From Squalus acanthias (Eukaryota), in NCBI GenBank assembly GCA_030390025.1, contig CM059432.1, forward strand, positions 83,516,001 through 83,580,000: 64,000 nt of DNA, written 5' to 3'. Position numbers and translations under genes: made by a program. This document shows positions 13,320 through 25,624 of the stretch, in pieces (position 1 is the stretch's first letter; each line of letters opens with the position of its first letter). The notes below the pieces were generated by a model that saw only the letters and a program-made list of their open reading frames with translations, ran no database searches and was not told where the DNA came from.

Positions 13320-14620
13320 GATTTACAGACCGAACAGATCGTAGGAAGATCTCAGTGTCATTGTCTTGATAGATCTCTCATGGCAGCTTCCTCCTGGGAA
13401 GGAGACACTTCTGGCTGTATTTCTGAAGCTTGTGCCTGGGCAGCCTGGCGTCACGTTCCACGTGACACTTGCATGGTGCTCTGTGAGGGAAGACCTGATG
13501 TCTGGCATGTGCTGCCGTCCTGAAAAGCGACAGCCTCATGCAGGTCTACTGCCATCTTCAATGTATTGGGCCCTGGATCTGTGCATCCACCAATCAGTGG
13601 GCTTGTTGGGCTAATGACAACTATCAGATCTGAAAGTCTTGAGAGACTGCAGTTTGCACCACAGCCTCCAAGGTCTGGAAGCTGGTACACAGGGTGCTGT
13701 CTAATTTGCACCAGGGGAAATGCTTCTGTGGAGGTGGAGGCACCAACTAGCCCCAGCCGTTTCTGAGGTGGGATCGTATCGCAGAATCTGGTGAAGCTGC
13801 CATATGCTACATTGGTGCCTGCAACAAAGAAAATGCTTTCATGATGTTCCCACAAATGAGGGCTGTAGACTCTAGAGGGTCAGTTGCAGCACATCCTCAG
13901 ACACTGACCTCAAAGCCTGCATGTAGGTGTGATGTTCCCCGAACATCTGTCTTTGAGTTGTGGCTCCCACAATTCCAAAGTCACGTGCAGCCTTTCCCTC
14001 TGCCTGGGCTGGGATGGTGACCATTTCTCACCCACTCCCCACTTCTCTGGTCCCCTTGTTCTCTGTGTATCATCTGGTACCACATCCTCACTTATACTAT
14101 CTCATTACACCCTGATGGCAGTATCTGAGCTGGTGTGTGGGAACGAGGAAGTAATGGCTCAGGGGCTGACATTGAGGGGGATGTGACAGAGGTACATAGG
14201 GCAGGACTTCAGGGACTCCTGTTTGGCCTGGTCCTCATCATATTCTTCCTCATCAGCATCCTCTGTCCTTCTTTGTCATGATGGATTTGTAGGAAAGGAG
14301 GTCATAGGCTAAGAATGGGTGAGCATTACCCCCTTGGTATTAAGGAGGCAGAGAAAGGGGTGGAAACTTCTGGCTGTGTGCTGCTTCACAGGGATGCCGC
14401 AGTGACTGTCCAGATCTGTAACCATTAACCTGCAGCCTGCGCTGCACGGCAACCACGTTTGTCATCTCCCACTGCTTGAGCTCTATGGCCTGCTATGCTT
14501 AGGGGCTGAGCTCTCTGATGATGGGAATAACACCTCCGATCCCCTGCCATTCACAGGCATTTGCACAAGATTGTCCTGTAACAAGATTAAGTGCTTTAAG
14601 TGAACGATAGCATTTGACAC
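13320..14620 (-). pseudogene. Very decayed Harbinger-like coding remnants
   Basis: FPGGSCHE (cf. YPGSCHD) in ORF 13323-13508; EVLFPSS (cf. Myb exon 1 KEVLFPSSG) in ORF 14483-14746; acidic tract ~14230-14265. Confidence 0.3.
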
Positions 14621-15020
14621 ATTTCTCCTCTCCCAGGTAAAATCAGACAGCTGGTGTAATAGCTGGTATCTCCCTCTTAATGTGGAAGGAATGAGTTTAA
14701 AGCTTCTGCTTGTAGGTAATTCCTGTTCGGGAAGATGGAAACACATATTGTAAGAGACAGAGTAAGTCTTACCACAGTCATGAGCACGGAGGAAAATTGA
14801 GGTGGCTGATGAGCTCTTAAAGATCTGTGGCAGTTTTAAGGGACTGGAGCATCTGAGAATCTTGGGAGAGCCTATGGATGGATTGGGATAGCCTGAGCCT
14901 GGGTGAACAGTGTGTAGACAAACGTACTGGCATGATTCTGAAAATTAATTCTTACCAGAAAGTAATTGTTAAAGTAAGTTCAAGGCAGCAGGAAAAAGTA
15001 ATAGTTTGGAATCCATCAGC

Positions 15021-15263
15021 ATGCCAGTAAAGAGGGCTGGTTGCATAAGGATGCCCTGTTTTGATGATGAGTCTCTTGAGCAGCTGTTGCAGGAAGTAGA
15101 GCAGAGGAGGGATGCCCTATTTTTCCACCATGGAAGGAAGATCATGAGGGCAGTGGCATGCATGCCGTGGGAAGAAGTGGCTGAGGCTATCAACAGCAGC
15201 ACTGTGCCAAGAACATGGGTGCAATGCGGAAATAAGTTTAATGACTTCACCAGGAGGGGGAAA
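15021..15263 (+). pseudogene. Harbinger Myb/SANT-like DNA-binding protein exon 1
   Basis: PCFDDESLEQLLQEVEQRRDALF...WEEVAEAINSSTVPRTWVQCGNKFNDFTRRGK followed by GTAAGT donor at 15264; the rest of the element probably continues beyond the CR1 at ~20600-21290. Confidence 0.8.
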
Positions 15264-16633
15264 GTAAGTGCGAACCTTTACACAGATTTAAAAATGTTTC
15301 TGAGCACTATGGCAACTATTTGTAAAAGGGAGGGATAGAAAGGCTGTGTTACAATGGCTGAAATGGTCAGGAGAATGTTTCCCATCATGAAAGGATGATA
15401 TAATCTCCTGTACATAGGATTACATAGGATATACGGCACAGAAACAGGCCATTCGGCCCAACCAGTCCATGCCGGCGTTTATGCTCCACTCGAGCCTCCT
15501 CCCATCTTTCCTCATATAAATCTATCAGCATAACTCTCTATTCCCTTCTCCCTCATATGCTTGCCTGGCCTCCTTTTAAATGCATCTATATTTTCGCTTC
15601 AACCACTCCCAGTGGTAGCGAGTTCCACATTCTCACCACTCTTTGGGTAAAGAAGTTTCTTCTGAATTCCCTATTGGATTTCTTGGTGACTATCTTATAT
15701 TGATGGCCTCTAGTTATGCTCTTCCCCACAAGTGGAAACATTCTCTCGCTATCCACTCTATCAAAATCTTTCATAATTTTAAAGACCTCTATTAGGTCAT
15801 CCCTCAGCCTTCTTTTTTCAAGAGAAAAGAGACCCAGCCTGTTCATCCTTTCCTGATAGGTATACCCTCGCATTTCTGTTATCATCCTTGTAAATCTTCT
15901 CTGCACCCTCTCCAGTGCCTCTATATCCTTTTTATAATATGGCGACCAAAACTGTACGCAGTACTCTAAGTGTGGTCTACCCAAGGTTCGATACAGGTTT
16001 AGCATAAATTTTTTAATAAATACTTTTCAATTCTATACCTCTAGAAATAAACCCTAGTGCTTGGTTTGCTTTTTTTATGGCCTTGCTAACCTGTGTCGCA
16101 ACTTTTAGTGATTTGTGTATTTGTACTCTGAGATCGCTTTGTTCCTCGACCCCACCCAGACTCGCACCCTCCAAGTAATAAGTGACCTCCCTATTCTTCC
16201 AACCAAAATGTAATACCTCATATTTATCTGTGTTGAACTTAATTTGCCAATTATATGCCCATTCTACAAGTTTATTAATGTCCTCCTGTAACTTGTTGCA
16301 GTCCTCCTCAGTATGACTATCACCCCCAATTTGGTGTCATCCGCAAATTCAGAAATTGTGTTTTTGATTCCAAAGTCTAAATCATTAATATAAATTGTGA
16401 ACAACAGTTGTCCCAGCACTGATTCTTGTGGAACACCACCTTCTGCCACTGTGAATAGTTATCTTTTACCCCATCTTCCTGCTTTCTGACTTGAAGCCGG
16501 TTAGCTATCCATTCTGCTACTTGTCCTCTGACTCTGCATTTTCTGTGATGCGGAGATGCCGGTGTTGGACTGGGGTGGACAAAAGTGAGAAGTCGCACAA
16601 CACCAGGTTATAGTCCGACAGCTTTATTTGAAA

Positions 16634-16670
16634 TCACAAGCTTTCGGAGCGCTGCTCCTTCATCAGGTGA
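16634..16670 (-). ncRNA. Minimal hammerhead ribozyme
   Basis: Exact reverse complement of 17207-17243. Confidence 0.8.
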
Positions 16671-17206
16671 AGTGAAGAAATACATATGGGCACAGCATAT
16701 ATAGTCAGAGAACAATGCCAGACGACTACAGTTAATCTTTCTAACTGCCCTTTATCACACCTCGGCAGAGAGACAATCACGGCAATCAAAGGTGTGGATG
16801 GTGTCCAACCAGGTCAGTCAGGAAGACATTACATCAAAGACGATAGCAAAATACAACAAAGACAATGAGGTGGGGTCACAAGGGGACAAATGTGGCAGAT
16901 GCGGCCGGACCTGCTGTGATTTCCAGCAAAAAAAGTAAAAAGTTTAAAGTTTTTGGTTTTCCATACAGACTGCAGCATCTGCCACATTTGACCCCTTGTG
17001 ACCCCACCTCATTGTCTTTGTTGTATTTTGCTATCGTCTTTGATGTAATGTCTTCCTGACTGACCTGGTTGGACACCATCCACACCTTTGATTGCCGTGA
17101 TTGTCTCTCTGCCGAGGTGTGATAAAGGGCAGTTAGAAAGATTAACTGTAGTCGTCTGGCATTGTTCTCTGACTATATATGCTGTGCCCATATGTATTTC
17201 TTCACT

Positions 17207-17243
17207 TCACCTGATGAAGGAGCAGCGCTCCGAAAGCTTGTGA
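17207..17243 (+). ncRNA. Minimal hammerhead ribozyme
   Basis: UCAC-CUGAUGA-A-GGAGC AGC GCUCC-GAAA-GC-UU-GUGA: helix I UCAC/GUGA, 5-bp helix II, palindromic AAGCUU in place of helix III. Confidence 0.85.
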
Positions 17244-17497
17244 TTTCAAATAAAGCTGTTGGACTATAACCTGGTGTTGTGCGACTTCTCACTTCTGCAT
17301 TTTCTGACCTTGTTCATCAGTCTATTATGGGGTACCTTATTGAAAGCCTTTTGAAAATCTAGATAAATTACATCTACTGCATTACGATTGTCTACTGTCT
17401 CTGTTACCTCTTCAAAAAATTCAATGAGGTTGGTCAAGCAAGACTTTCCCTTTTGAAATCTATGCTGACTATTCATTACTATGTTTTTGGATTCTAG

Positions 17498-18375
17498 GGG
17501 CTGGATTTTACTTTTTGATGTGGCTTAGGGGCAGGACAGCTGCCTTCCGGGTTCCAATCCCGCCCCCAACAACGTCCGACGCACAGACGCTATTTTGCGT
17601 CAATTGGCCTTGTTAAGCCCGCCCTGTGGGCTTGCCGGCCAATTAAAAGAAAGCCAGTGTCAGATGATGTCAGTTGATGATGCGTCATCTGCCGGTTTTC
17701 TTAAAGGGGCTACGCACAATTTTGTTTGAAAGGTAATTTTTCAGTGTTTGACAGCATTGAGGTGCTGCAAACACTGACAATCACTGTACAAAGGTGAGCC
17801 CTTTCACCCAGGCTCTCCAGTGACTCCCTCCTTAGGCTAGAACAGATGACAGCTGCAGATGAGGTTACAGAAGCGATCTGTCACTGGTGAGAGAGGTTCT
17901 CCCAATGAGGTGGGACTACACAAACTCTTCAAAGCTTGTTACCTACAGAAAAGTCTAAATACATTAAAAATGATTTTCCCAACATTTTCTTACCTCTGAA
18001 ACTCACCAGTGTACCATTGGATCCTTCACATCACTTCTGCAGCTGTCATCAATGAAGAAACATTACAGTAGACCCACAGCACACCACACTTACTCTGACG
18101 TGGTGTCTGGATGTCGGGAAGCCCGCAGTAGACCTGTCAAAGTTGGAAAAAGCCTCTTAACTGCCTGTTAACAAGCTGTTAACAAGCAGTTAAGTGCCTA
18201 TAATCCTCTTCCCGCCGCTAGGTGTCGGGTCCATGCATAAATGGGGGACCCGACACCTGGGAAGATTGTTTGGAGGCGGCTTGACAGCGGGTTCGGGACC
18301 CACTGGCAAGCTTTGCAATTTTGCCACTGGTCCCGCCTCCAAACCCGCCCCCTGAGGGCCAGCAAAATTCCCTCC
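17498..18375. mobile_element. Non-autonomous Harbinger-like element in CR1
   Basis: TAG TSD (17495-17497, 18376-18378) restores the CR1 sequence; imperfect TIRs GGGCTGGATTTTACT / AGCAAAATTCCCTCC. Confidence 0.8.
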
Positions 18376-18591
18376 TAGATGTTCTTCTATTTTCTCCTTT
18401 AGTAGGGATTCCATTCTTTTTCCTACCACCAATGTTAAGCTGACTGGTCTATAATTCCCTGGACATGTTCTATCCCCCTTCTTAACTATAGGTATTATGT
18501 TAGCTATCCGCCAGTCCTCTGGCATTACACCTTTTTCTAACGAATTATTAAATAAGTGTAGTAATGCCTCTGCTATCTCTTCCCTAGATTT

Positions 18592-19989
18592 TTAAAAAAT
18601 GCATCGATGCAACCCATCCGGACCAGGGGTTTTATCCTCTTTGAGTTTGATTAGTTTATTTAATATACCCCCTCTTTTTATTTTAAATATACTTATCTCA
18701 TGACTAATCTCATCATCCAATGTCATGTCTACTTGTTCTATCTCCCTGGTAAATACTGAAGCAAAATAATTATTTAATATTTCTGCCATCGCTCTATCGT
18801 TACCTATGGTATTATCCTGTCTACGCCTTAATGGCCCTATTCCCATCCCAACCTTCCTTCTTTTATTGATATGCCTGTAAAATATTTTACTATTTTGTTT
18901 TATGTTCCTTGATAATTTAATTTCATAGTTCCTCTTTGCCTTCCTAATTGTTTTTTTGACTTCTCTCCTAATCTCTTCATATTCTCCCTTATCATGCACT
19001 CCCCTGCTGTCCATGTTCTTAATGTATGCCTCTTTCCTTACCCTCAATTGTTCCCTTATGGCTTTATTCATCCATGGAGTCTCATTAGTGTTTAGTTTGT
19101 TCTTTCTTTTTAGCAGAATATATTGTTCCTGCACTCTGTTGAACACCGTTTTAAATGTTTCCCATTGCTGTTCTACATCGTTGTTTGCCAATATTGTTGC
19201 CCATTTTATTTTCCCAAGTTCTATTCTCAGCCCCTCAAAATCAGCTTTTCTCCAATCTATTACCCTGGTTTTTGTCATACTTATGTCCTTCTCAATTATC
19301 ATCTTAAAGTGTATTATATTATTGTCACTATTGCCTAGGTGTTCCCCTACTTTTACTTCTCTTATCTGCTCTGGTTCATTTCCCATTACTAGATCCAATA
19401 GCGAATCCTCCCTTGTTGGGCTTTTTACACATTGGGTAAGAAAGGAGTCCTGTCCACATTGTAGGAACTCCATTCCCTTATCTACTTTACCTACCTCTTC
19501 TGTCCAATTAATATCAGGGTAGTTGAAATCCCCCATGATTATTATTCTATGTTTTTTACTCATTTCCCTAATTTGTCTGCATATTTCTTCCTCCACCTCC
19601 CTTCGACTATTAGGTGGTCTGTAGACTACACTTATTAGTGTGATTGATCCTTTATTATCTTTTATCTCTATCCATATGGATTCTATTTTTGTCTTGCTAA
19701 TAGCTGCGTCACTTTTTTCTACTGCCATTATGTTATCCCTAATAAGTACAGCTACTCCACCTCCCCTTTTTCCCTCTCTATCTTTTCTAAATATGTTATA
19801 CCCTGCAATGTTCAATTCCCAGTCCTGATTTTTCTGTAGCCATGTCTCAGTAATCCCTATTATGGCTGGTTCCTTGCAATGCATGATTGCCTCCAGCTCC
19901 CCTGTTTTATTACAGACACTGTGTGCATTTCTGTACAGACAGTTTAACTCATTTTTAATAGGATTTCCTCTCACTTTATGTTTAACCAT
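18592..19989 (-). CDS. CR1 ORF2 N-terminal AP endonuclease and linker (465-aa open stretch)
   Basis: GITETWL, RGGGVA, YRPP, MGDFNYPDINW, LDLV, HLGNSD, KTPGPDGLH motifs; frameshifted downstream. Confidence 0.85.
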   Translation of the reverse strand: MVKHKVRGNPIKNELNCLYRNAHSVCNKTGELEAIMHCKEPAIIGITETWLQKNQDWELNIAGYNIFRKDREGKRGGGVAVLIRDNIMAVEKSDAAISKTKIESIWIEIKDNKGSITLISVVYRPPNSRREVEEEICRQIREMSKKHRIIIMGDFNYPDINWTEEVGKVDKGMEFLQCGQDSFLTQCVKSPTREDSLLDLVMGNEPEQIREVKVGEHLGNSDNNIIHFKMIIEKDISMTKTRVIDWRKADFEGLRIELGKIKWATILANNDVEQQWETFKTVFNRVQEQYILLKRKNKLNTNETPWMNKAIREQLRVRKEAYIKNMDSRGVHDKGEYEEIRREVKKTIRKAKRNYEIKLSRNIKQNSKIFYRHINKRRKVGMGIGPLRRRQDNTIGNDRAMAEILNNYFASVFTREIEQVDMTLDDEISHEISIFKIKRGGILNKLIKLKEDKTPGPDGLHRCIF

Positions 19990-20129
19990 CTTTTTAGACT
20001 CCTGTTCTAGAACTTTCTTTATTCCCTTGCCATCAATGTCCTCCCTTACTTTATTCTTTCCTATGCTCTCTTTTCCTGTTTTGTTTATAATTAGGCTGGT
20101 TATGTTTCTTGTAGATCCCTCCCCCCCAT

Positions 20130-20599
20130 CTTACTAGTTTAAAGCCTTTGCCACCTCCCTATTTACCCATTCCGCTATGACGCGGGTCCCATCCCAGTTC
20201 AGGTGGCGCCCGTCCCATCAGTATAGCTCCTTCCTGTCCCAGAACTGGTGCGAGTGTCCCATGAAAAGGAACCCCTCTTTCCCACACCAGCCCTTTAGCC
20301 ACATGTTAATTCTCCTGATCTGTCTGCTTCTATGCCAATTTGCACGTGGCTCGGGCACTAATCCAGAGATTATTACCCTTGAGGTCCTGCTTTTTAATTT
20401 AGAGCCTAACTCCTGATACTCTTTCAGCAGGGCCTCTTTCCTGTTCCTACCTATGTCATTTGTTCCAACATGGGCCACAACAACTGGATTTACCCCCTCC
20501 CTTTCCAAGTTCCTCTCCAGCCGCCATGAGATATCCCTTATCCTGGCACCGGGTAGGCAACATGCCCTTCGGGATTCTCGTTCTTGGCTGCAGAGGACG
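20130..20599 (-). pseudogene. CR1 ORF1 SGNH esterase-like fragment
   Basis: VVAHVGTNDIG...ISGLVPEP...WLKGWCGKEGFLF...FWDRKELY followed by DGRHLN. Confidence 0.85.
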
Positions 20600-23066
20600 T
20601 TACAATTCAGATTGACTCACTGGTCATGTCACACTCACTCCACACAACTATTTACAAGGATCTAATGCATGAAAGATCAGTAAAACAGCACAACCTTCTT
20701 GTTCCTCCTCTACTTGCTCCATTTCTACCAACTCTAGGTAGATGCTCCTATCGATAACCAGGTTATGGAGTCAGCACTCTACTCCTCTGGTGACATCTCA
20801 CTGCTCTCATATCCAGCAGTGCTTCCTCCTCCTCCTCCTGCCCCATAACCCATGTAAGGGGGATCCCAAAGAGCAGTCTAATCCTGCATCTTGCACTGAT
20901 ATTCTTCAATCAGCCACAAATAGCATGACAAACCATCACAAGTGACTGCCTCTTTAAACAGCTCCTACATCAGATTACTTGCTTTACCTCACACATAATC
21001 TGCTGAGTCAAGCCCTCAAGCACCCTAACAGCTCTTTAACTTTTCACAGCACCCCTTTTCATGGGGGCAGCTTTCCCGCAACCTCCGACTGGCACTGCAC
21101 TGGAAAATCGAGGTGTAGCTTCCTATGATGTTGTAAATGTGACAAAACTCCTAATTCAATGAGGTGCAATGGGGAACCTCCGGTTGGAGCAGAGGCCGTG
21201 GCGTGCAGCTCTCCAGCTACATTTCCAATTCACTTAGGTTTCTTCTACAAGTGCTCCTGGGGCACCAGGGCCAGGGAAATTGGACCTCTGGTGTTTCCAT
21301 TGTGAACAGACAGCCATTTATCTCTATTCTGTGAGATGATTATCATACCATAAATTTTCTTCTTTGCCATTTTTGCAGGATAACTTTGTTTTAGAAACAT
21401 TTTCTCTTGTATACCTACCTGTGTGCCCCTCTGGAAAGGGCTATCAGATGAGGCTTTGTATGATATTATTCAGAGATGTCAGAAATGCTTCTAATTAAAC
21501 CCACTAAATTCTATTAAAATGAATAAAATAATCACTTTTAGTATGAAAAGAGCCCACAGCAACTGACCACCCAGATTATGAGAATTTACAAAGAATTAGA
21601 AAATCTGTCAGTATTTCAGCAAGTACATGTCGTGTCATTTGTCCTCTACAACAAAGCCTCTTTGTGCGTTATCTCCAAAGTCTACCTAGTGTTACCCACT
21701 GCAAAGGTCAATGGTTCATTATCGCATTCCTTCAGGAATGTTACTGTGAGGTTATTTGTGCACATAAGTAATTGTCCATTATGACATATTTGGGTTATTT
21801 TCAAAAAATTGTTCTTGGTTTTCCTTTGGAGTTCTGGTCATAGCTTAATTAGTATAAGATGTTAGATGATTTTCATGTCATAATTTTTTTCCTTTGCCAT
21901 TTTTGCAATGATAACTTTATTTTTAAATCATTTTTCCTGTAAATGTACCCTTGTGGCTCAAATATGGTTTTGTATGACATGAATGAGAAATATCAGAAAT
22001 GCTAGTAAATAAACCCAAAAATGGCAGCATCCAAGAGTGTTTAGTAAAGTGCATGTGACTGAAGACTGATGACTGTGCTGGAGACAAAACAGCTGCATTT
22101 TGTAGTCTCACCTGTACACTAGTGAGAAATCATATGGTTGAGAAAATATAAGTGATCATTATTATGACATGGCATGCCCAACACATGATTTAAATAAATA
22201 TAGCAAATTCATAAATTAAAAATGCCAGAATGCACCTGACGAGGGATATGGAGAGGGCGATTTCATTCAAATCAATGACATAACTCACTTGTGATTTTGT
22301 AGTTAAGGGTCTTTCACACACACAGAAAATCATGTCCATTATAAAATGAATTATCTCCCATTGTAAAACAAGCAGAAATGAAATTCTATAAGATTTCTCA
22401 GTCTTGCACTGAATTATAAATGTTTGCAGTTAAGCATGCCACACATCTTCACCTGGCTCTAAACAATCTTTGGATGCGAAATTCCCCCTCTTTTTGCCGG
22501 CATTTAAGGCTGGTTTTGGCAGAAAAATGGTGGCTGCCTCGCTTACCGCCAGTTCTGGTGCAGGCCGCGGCGGTCACCATTTTGGGCAGGTCGGTAGCGC
22601 GGCCGTTCCTGCATTCGGCAGAAGAATACAAATGAGGCAGATCATGACGTCAATCAGCGTGGAATGTGATTTAACGCAAGACCTGTTATTTTGGACATTG
22701 CCGTTCAACTGTACGCCCTCTCCAAAGCAGGCACAGCTGAACATGCGTTCAGCTGCATGACGGAGCCCCCACCAGTGCTACTTAAAGGGATACACACAAC
22801 TTTGAGGTAAATTGCTTTTTGCTTTTGTACTGGTTCCTGTTCAGTTTATTTGAGTAGTGGCTTGGTGTAAGACATTTAAAAAGTTGTTAAAGTGTGCAGG
22901 GAGTGCAGGGAGTGCTGCTGGATGTTTGCAAGGCATTGGCTCTTAAAGGAAGACCTCTGAGAACACCACTTGCTCCCAATCCTGGGGGCTCTAGTTACAG
23001 TCCCCCTTGGGCTGCAGCATGACATGGAAATGGAGCAGAGGCAGCAAAGGGGACAAGCTGCTTGCA

Positions 23067-23127
23067 GAGGGAGGAGGAAAAGGAGGAGGAGGAAGAGGAA
23101 GAAGCAGAAGATGAGGAAGCGAAAGAG

Positions 23128-23159
<32 letters not shown>

Positions 23160-23245
23160 AGAGGAAGAAGCAGAAGAGGAGGAAGCGGAAGAGGAGGAAG
23201 CGAAGAGGAGGAAGAGGAGGAGGAGGAAGCGGAAGGAAGGAGGAA
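23067..23245 (+). repeat. (GAG/GAA)n purine-rich tract
   Basis: Directly visible; lies at the transposase deletion junction. Confidence 0.9.
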
Positions 23246-24316
23246 ACCCAAACAAGGCCTTTTTGGCTGGATATCTGAGATCGAATCATTCGCCTGCGGT
23301 ACCAGTGAACGCAACCCCAATTCCCCATTCAAAATTACTCCCACACCTTACCTTCCCTCTGTTATTGACTATCACAGCGTCCTCTTGGCCACAATGCTGA
23401 AATAAAAGCCACCACAAAGCAAACATTCCAATCCAACTTTATGCATCTATCCATCCAATATTACATCAAAAAATTAATTAATCACACTTGTGCATTCCCT
23501 TAGTGACTGTCTTCCATGTGCCTTTGCCTATCCTAGTGCTCCTACGCAGTGCTACCCCAGTGGCTGCAGCGTGCTGGTGGAAGGCTGCTGACTTTCAGTG
23601 GGGGAGACTGCAGATGGCCTTTCAGGATGACCTTGCGCAGCTCTTGGCCTAACCGGCCTGGATTTGCATTGCACCACCTCAGCATGGGCGGCAGCAGTCA
23701 GGGCTGGCTGGCTGACAGGCAACAGCGAGGGCACTGGCGGAGTGGCAATTGTACGAGTACGAATGCTGTCATCCTGAGAGAGAACAGCAGGTTCATCCTC
23801 CATGGATCGATTGCCACTCCCCCTGGGCAGCACCTCAGCAATCCTAGTAATCTGCTGACGGACAGACTGCTGGACTGCTGTGACACCCTGCAAGCCCCTT
23901 TCAACACTGGTAAACCCAGCTATGATGGCAGCAGTCTGTGCTTGCATGGCAGAAAGCTACGCTTGCATAACTTCAGTCTGAGCTTGCATTGCAGCACTCA
24001 GACGTTGGGTGGATGCTGCTTGTGCTGCAATGGAAGCTGAGACATTGGCCATCAGAAAATGACCCGTTTATCCCTTCTCTGTTTTCTGTCTGTTAACAAA
24101 TCCTCTGTCCATGCTAATATATTACCCCCAACCCCATGAGCCCTTACCTTGCGTAGCAACCTTTTATGTGGCACCTTATTGAATGCCTTTTGGAAATTCA
24201 AATATACTACATCTACTGGTTTCCCTTTATCTACCCTGCTAGTTACATCCTCAAAAACGCTAATAAATTTGTTAAACATGATTTCATTTTCATAAAACCA
24301 GGTTGAATCTGCCTAA

Positions 24317-25436
24317 TCATAGAATCATAGAATAGTTACAGCACGGAAGAAGGCCATTCGGCCCATTGAGCCTTTGCCGATGCTCAGCTAGTCCCACTCC
24401 CCTGCCCTTTCCCCATAGCCCTGCAAAATTTTTTCCTTCAGATACTTATCCAACTCCCTTTTGAAAGATAAGATTGAGTTTGCCTCCACCACCCTTTCAG
24501 GCAGTGCATTCCAGATCTTAACCACTCACTGCGTAAAAATGTTTTTCTTACGTCGCCTTTGGTTCTTCTGCCAATCACCTTAAATCTGTGTCCTCTGGTT
24601 CTCGACCCTTCTCTCTATCTATTCTGTCCAGACCCCTCATGATTTTGAACACCTCTATCAAATCTCCTCTCAATTTTCTCTGCTCCAAGGCGAACAACCC
24701 CAGCTTCTCCAGTCTATCAACGTAACTGAAGTCCCTCATTCCTGGAATAATTCTCGTAAATCTTTTCTGCACCTTCTCTAAGGCCTCACATCCTTCCTAA
24801 AGTGCGGTGCCCAGAATTTGACACAGTACTCCAGTTGGGGCCAAAATAATGTTTTATACAGGTTCATCATAATTGCCACACTTTTGTACTCTATACCTCT
24901 ATTTATGAAGCCCAGGATCCCGTAAGCCTTTTTAACTGCTTCCTCAACCTGCCCTGCCACCTTCAACGATTTGTGCACACATACCCCCAGGTCTCTCTGT
25001 TCGTGCACCCCCTTTAGGATTGCACCCTTTAGTTTATATTGCTTCTCCTCATTCATTCTACCAAAATGTATCACTTCGCACTTTTCTGCATTAAATTTCA
25101 TCTGCCACGTGTCCGCCCATTTCACCAGCCTGTCTATGTCTTCCTGAAGTCTAGCACTCTCCTCCTCACTGTTCACTATACTTTTAAGTTTTGTGTCATC
25201 TGCAAATTTTGAAATTGTGCTCTTTACTCCCACAGTCCAAAGATGTGCGGGTTAGGTTGATTTGGCTATGATAAATTGACCCTTAGTGTTAGGGGGATTA
25301 AATACGTGGGGTTACGGGGATAGGGTGGGATATGTGTCGGTGCAGGCTCGATGGGCCGAAATGGCCTCTATCTGCACTGTGGGGATTCTGTGGTATTCTG
25401 TGGTATTAATATATATCAGGAATAGCAGTGGTCCTT
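24317..25436 (-). mobile_element. CR1 LINE 3' fragment nested in CR1
   Basis: atagaatc tail; ORFs 24575-24772 and 24778-25233 (KFADDTKL, LEYCVKFWAPH). Confidence 0.9.
25229..25405 (+). mobile_element. 5'-truncated HE1/V-SINE-like SINE
   Basis: Near-identical to the reverse complement of 27985-28150; attctgtg tail. Confidence 0.85.
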
Positions 25437-25624
25437 GACTGCAATAGAACTGAATATCAGGCACTGCATATAACGGGCGGCCGATCCGATACTGCCCATT
25501 TTTCGCCAACTCCCAAGACGAATTTCCACCCCTTTTTCTCTACTGATATTAATTACTTTAAGTTCCTCACTCTTATTAGCCCCTTGGTTCCCCATTATTT
25601 TTGGTATGCTTTTATGTCTTCTAT

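Larger units (their letters stand above)
16546..17293. mobile_element. Penelope-derived non-coding foldback insertion (two inverted pLTRs)
   Basis: 13-bp TSD TCTGCATTTTCTG (16533-16545, 17294-17306) splitting CR1 RT at KVRKCR|VRGQVAEW; inverted arms 16583-16902/16975-17294; ~37-nt extension 16546-16582. Confidence 0.9.
15411..20599 (-). mobile_element. Near-full-length CR1 LINE (ORF1 esterase + ORF2 APE/RT), degraded
   Basis: ORF1 SGNH-like VVAHVGTNDIGR (20218-20508); APE ORF 18592-19989; RT fragments to 15586; acataggatt tail; interrupted at 16546-17293 and 17498-18375. Confidence 0.95.

Noticed and set aside
16686..17191. Identical 60-aa ORF on both strands
   Set aside because: A consequence of the inverted repeat; no recognisable domain.
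22876..23400. Protamine-like, poly-Glu, poly-Ser and poly-Pro ORFs
   Set aside because: All are frames of one GAG/GAA repeat at a transposase deletion junction.
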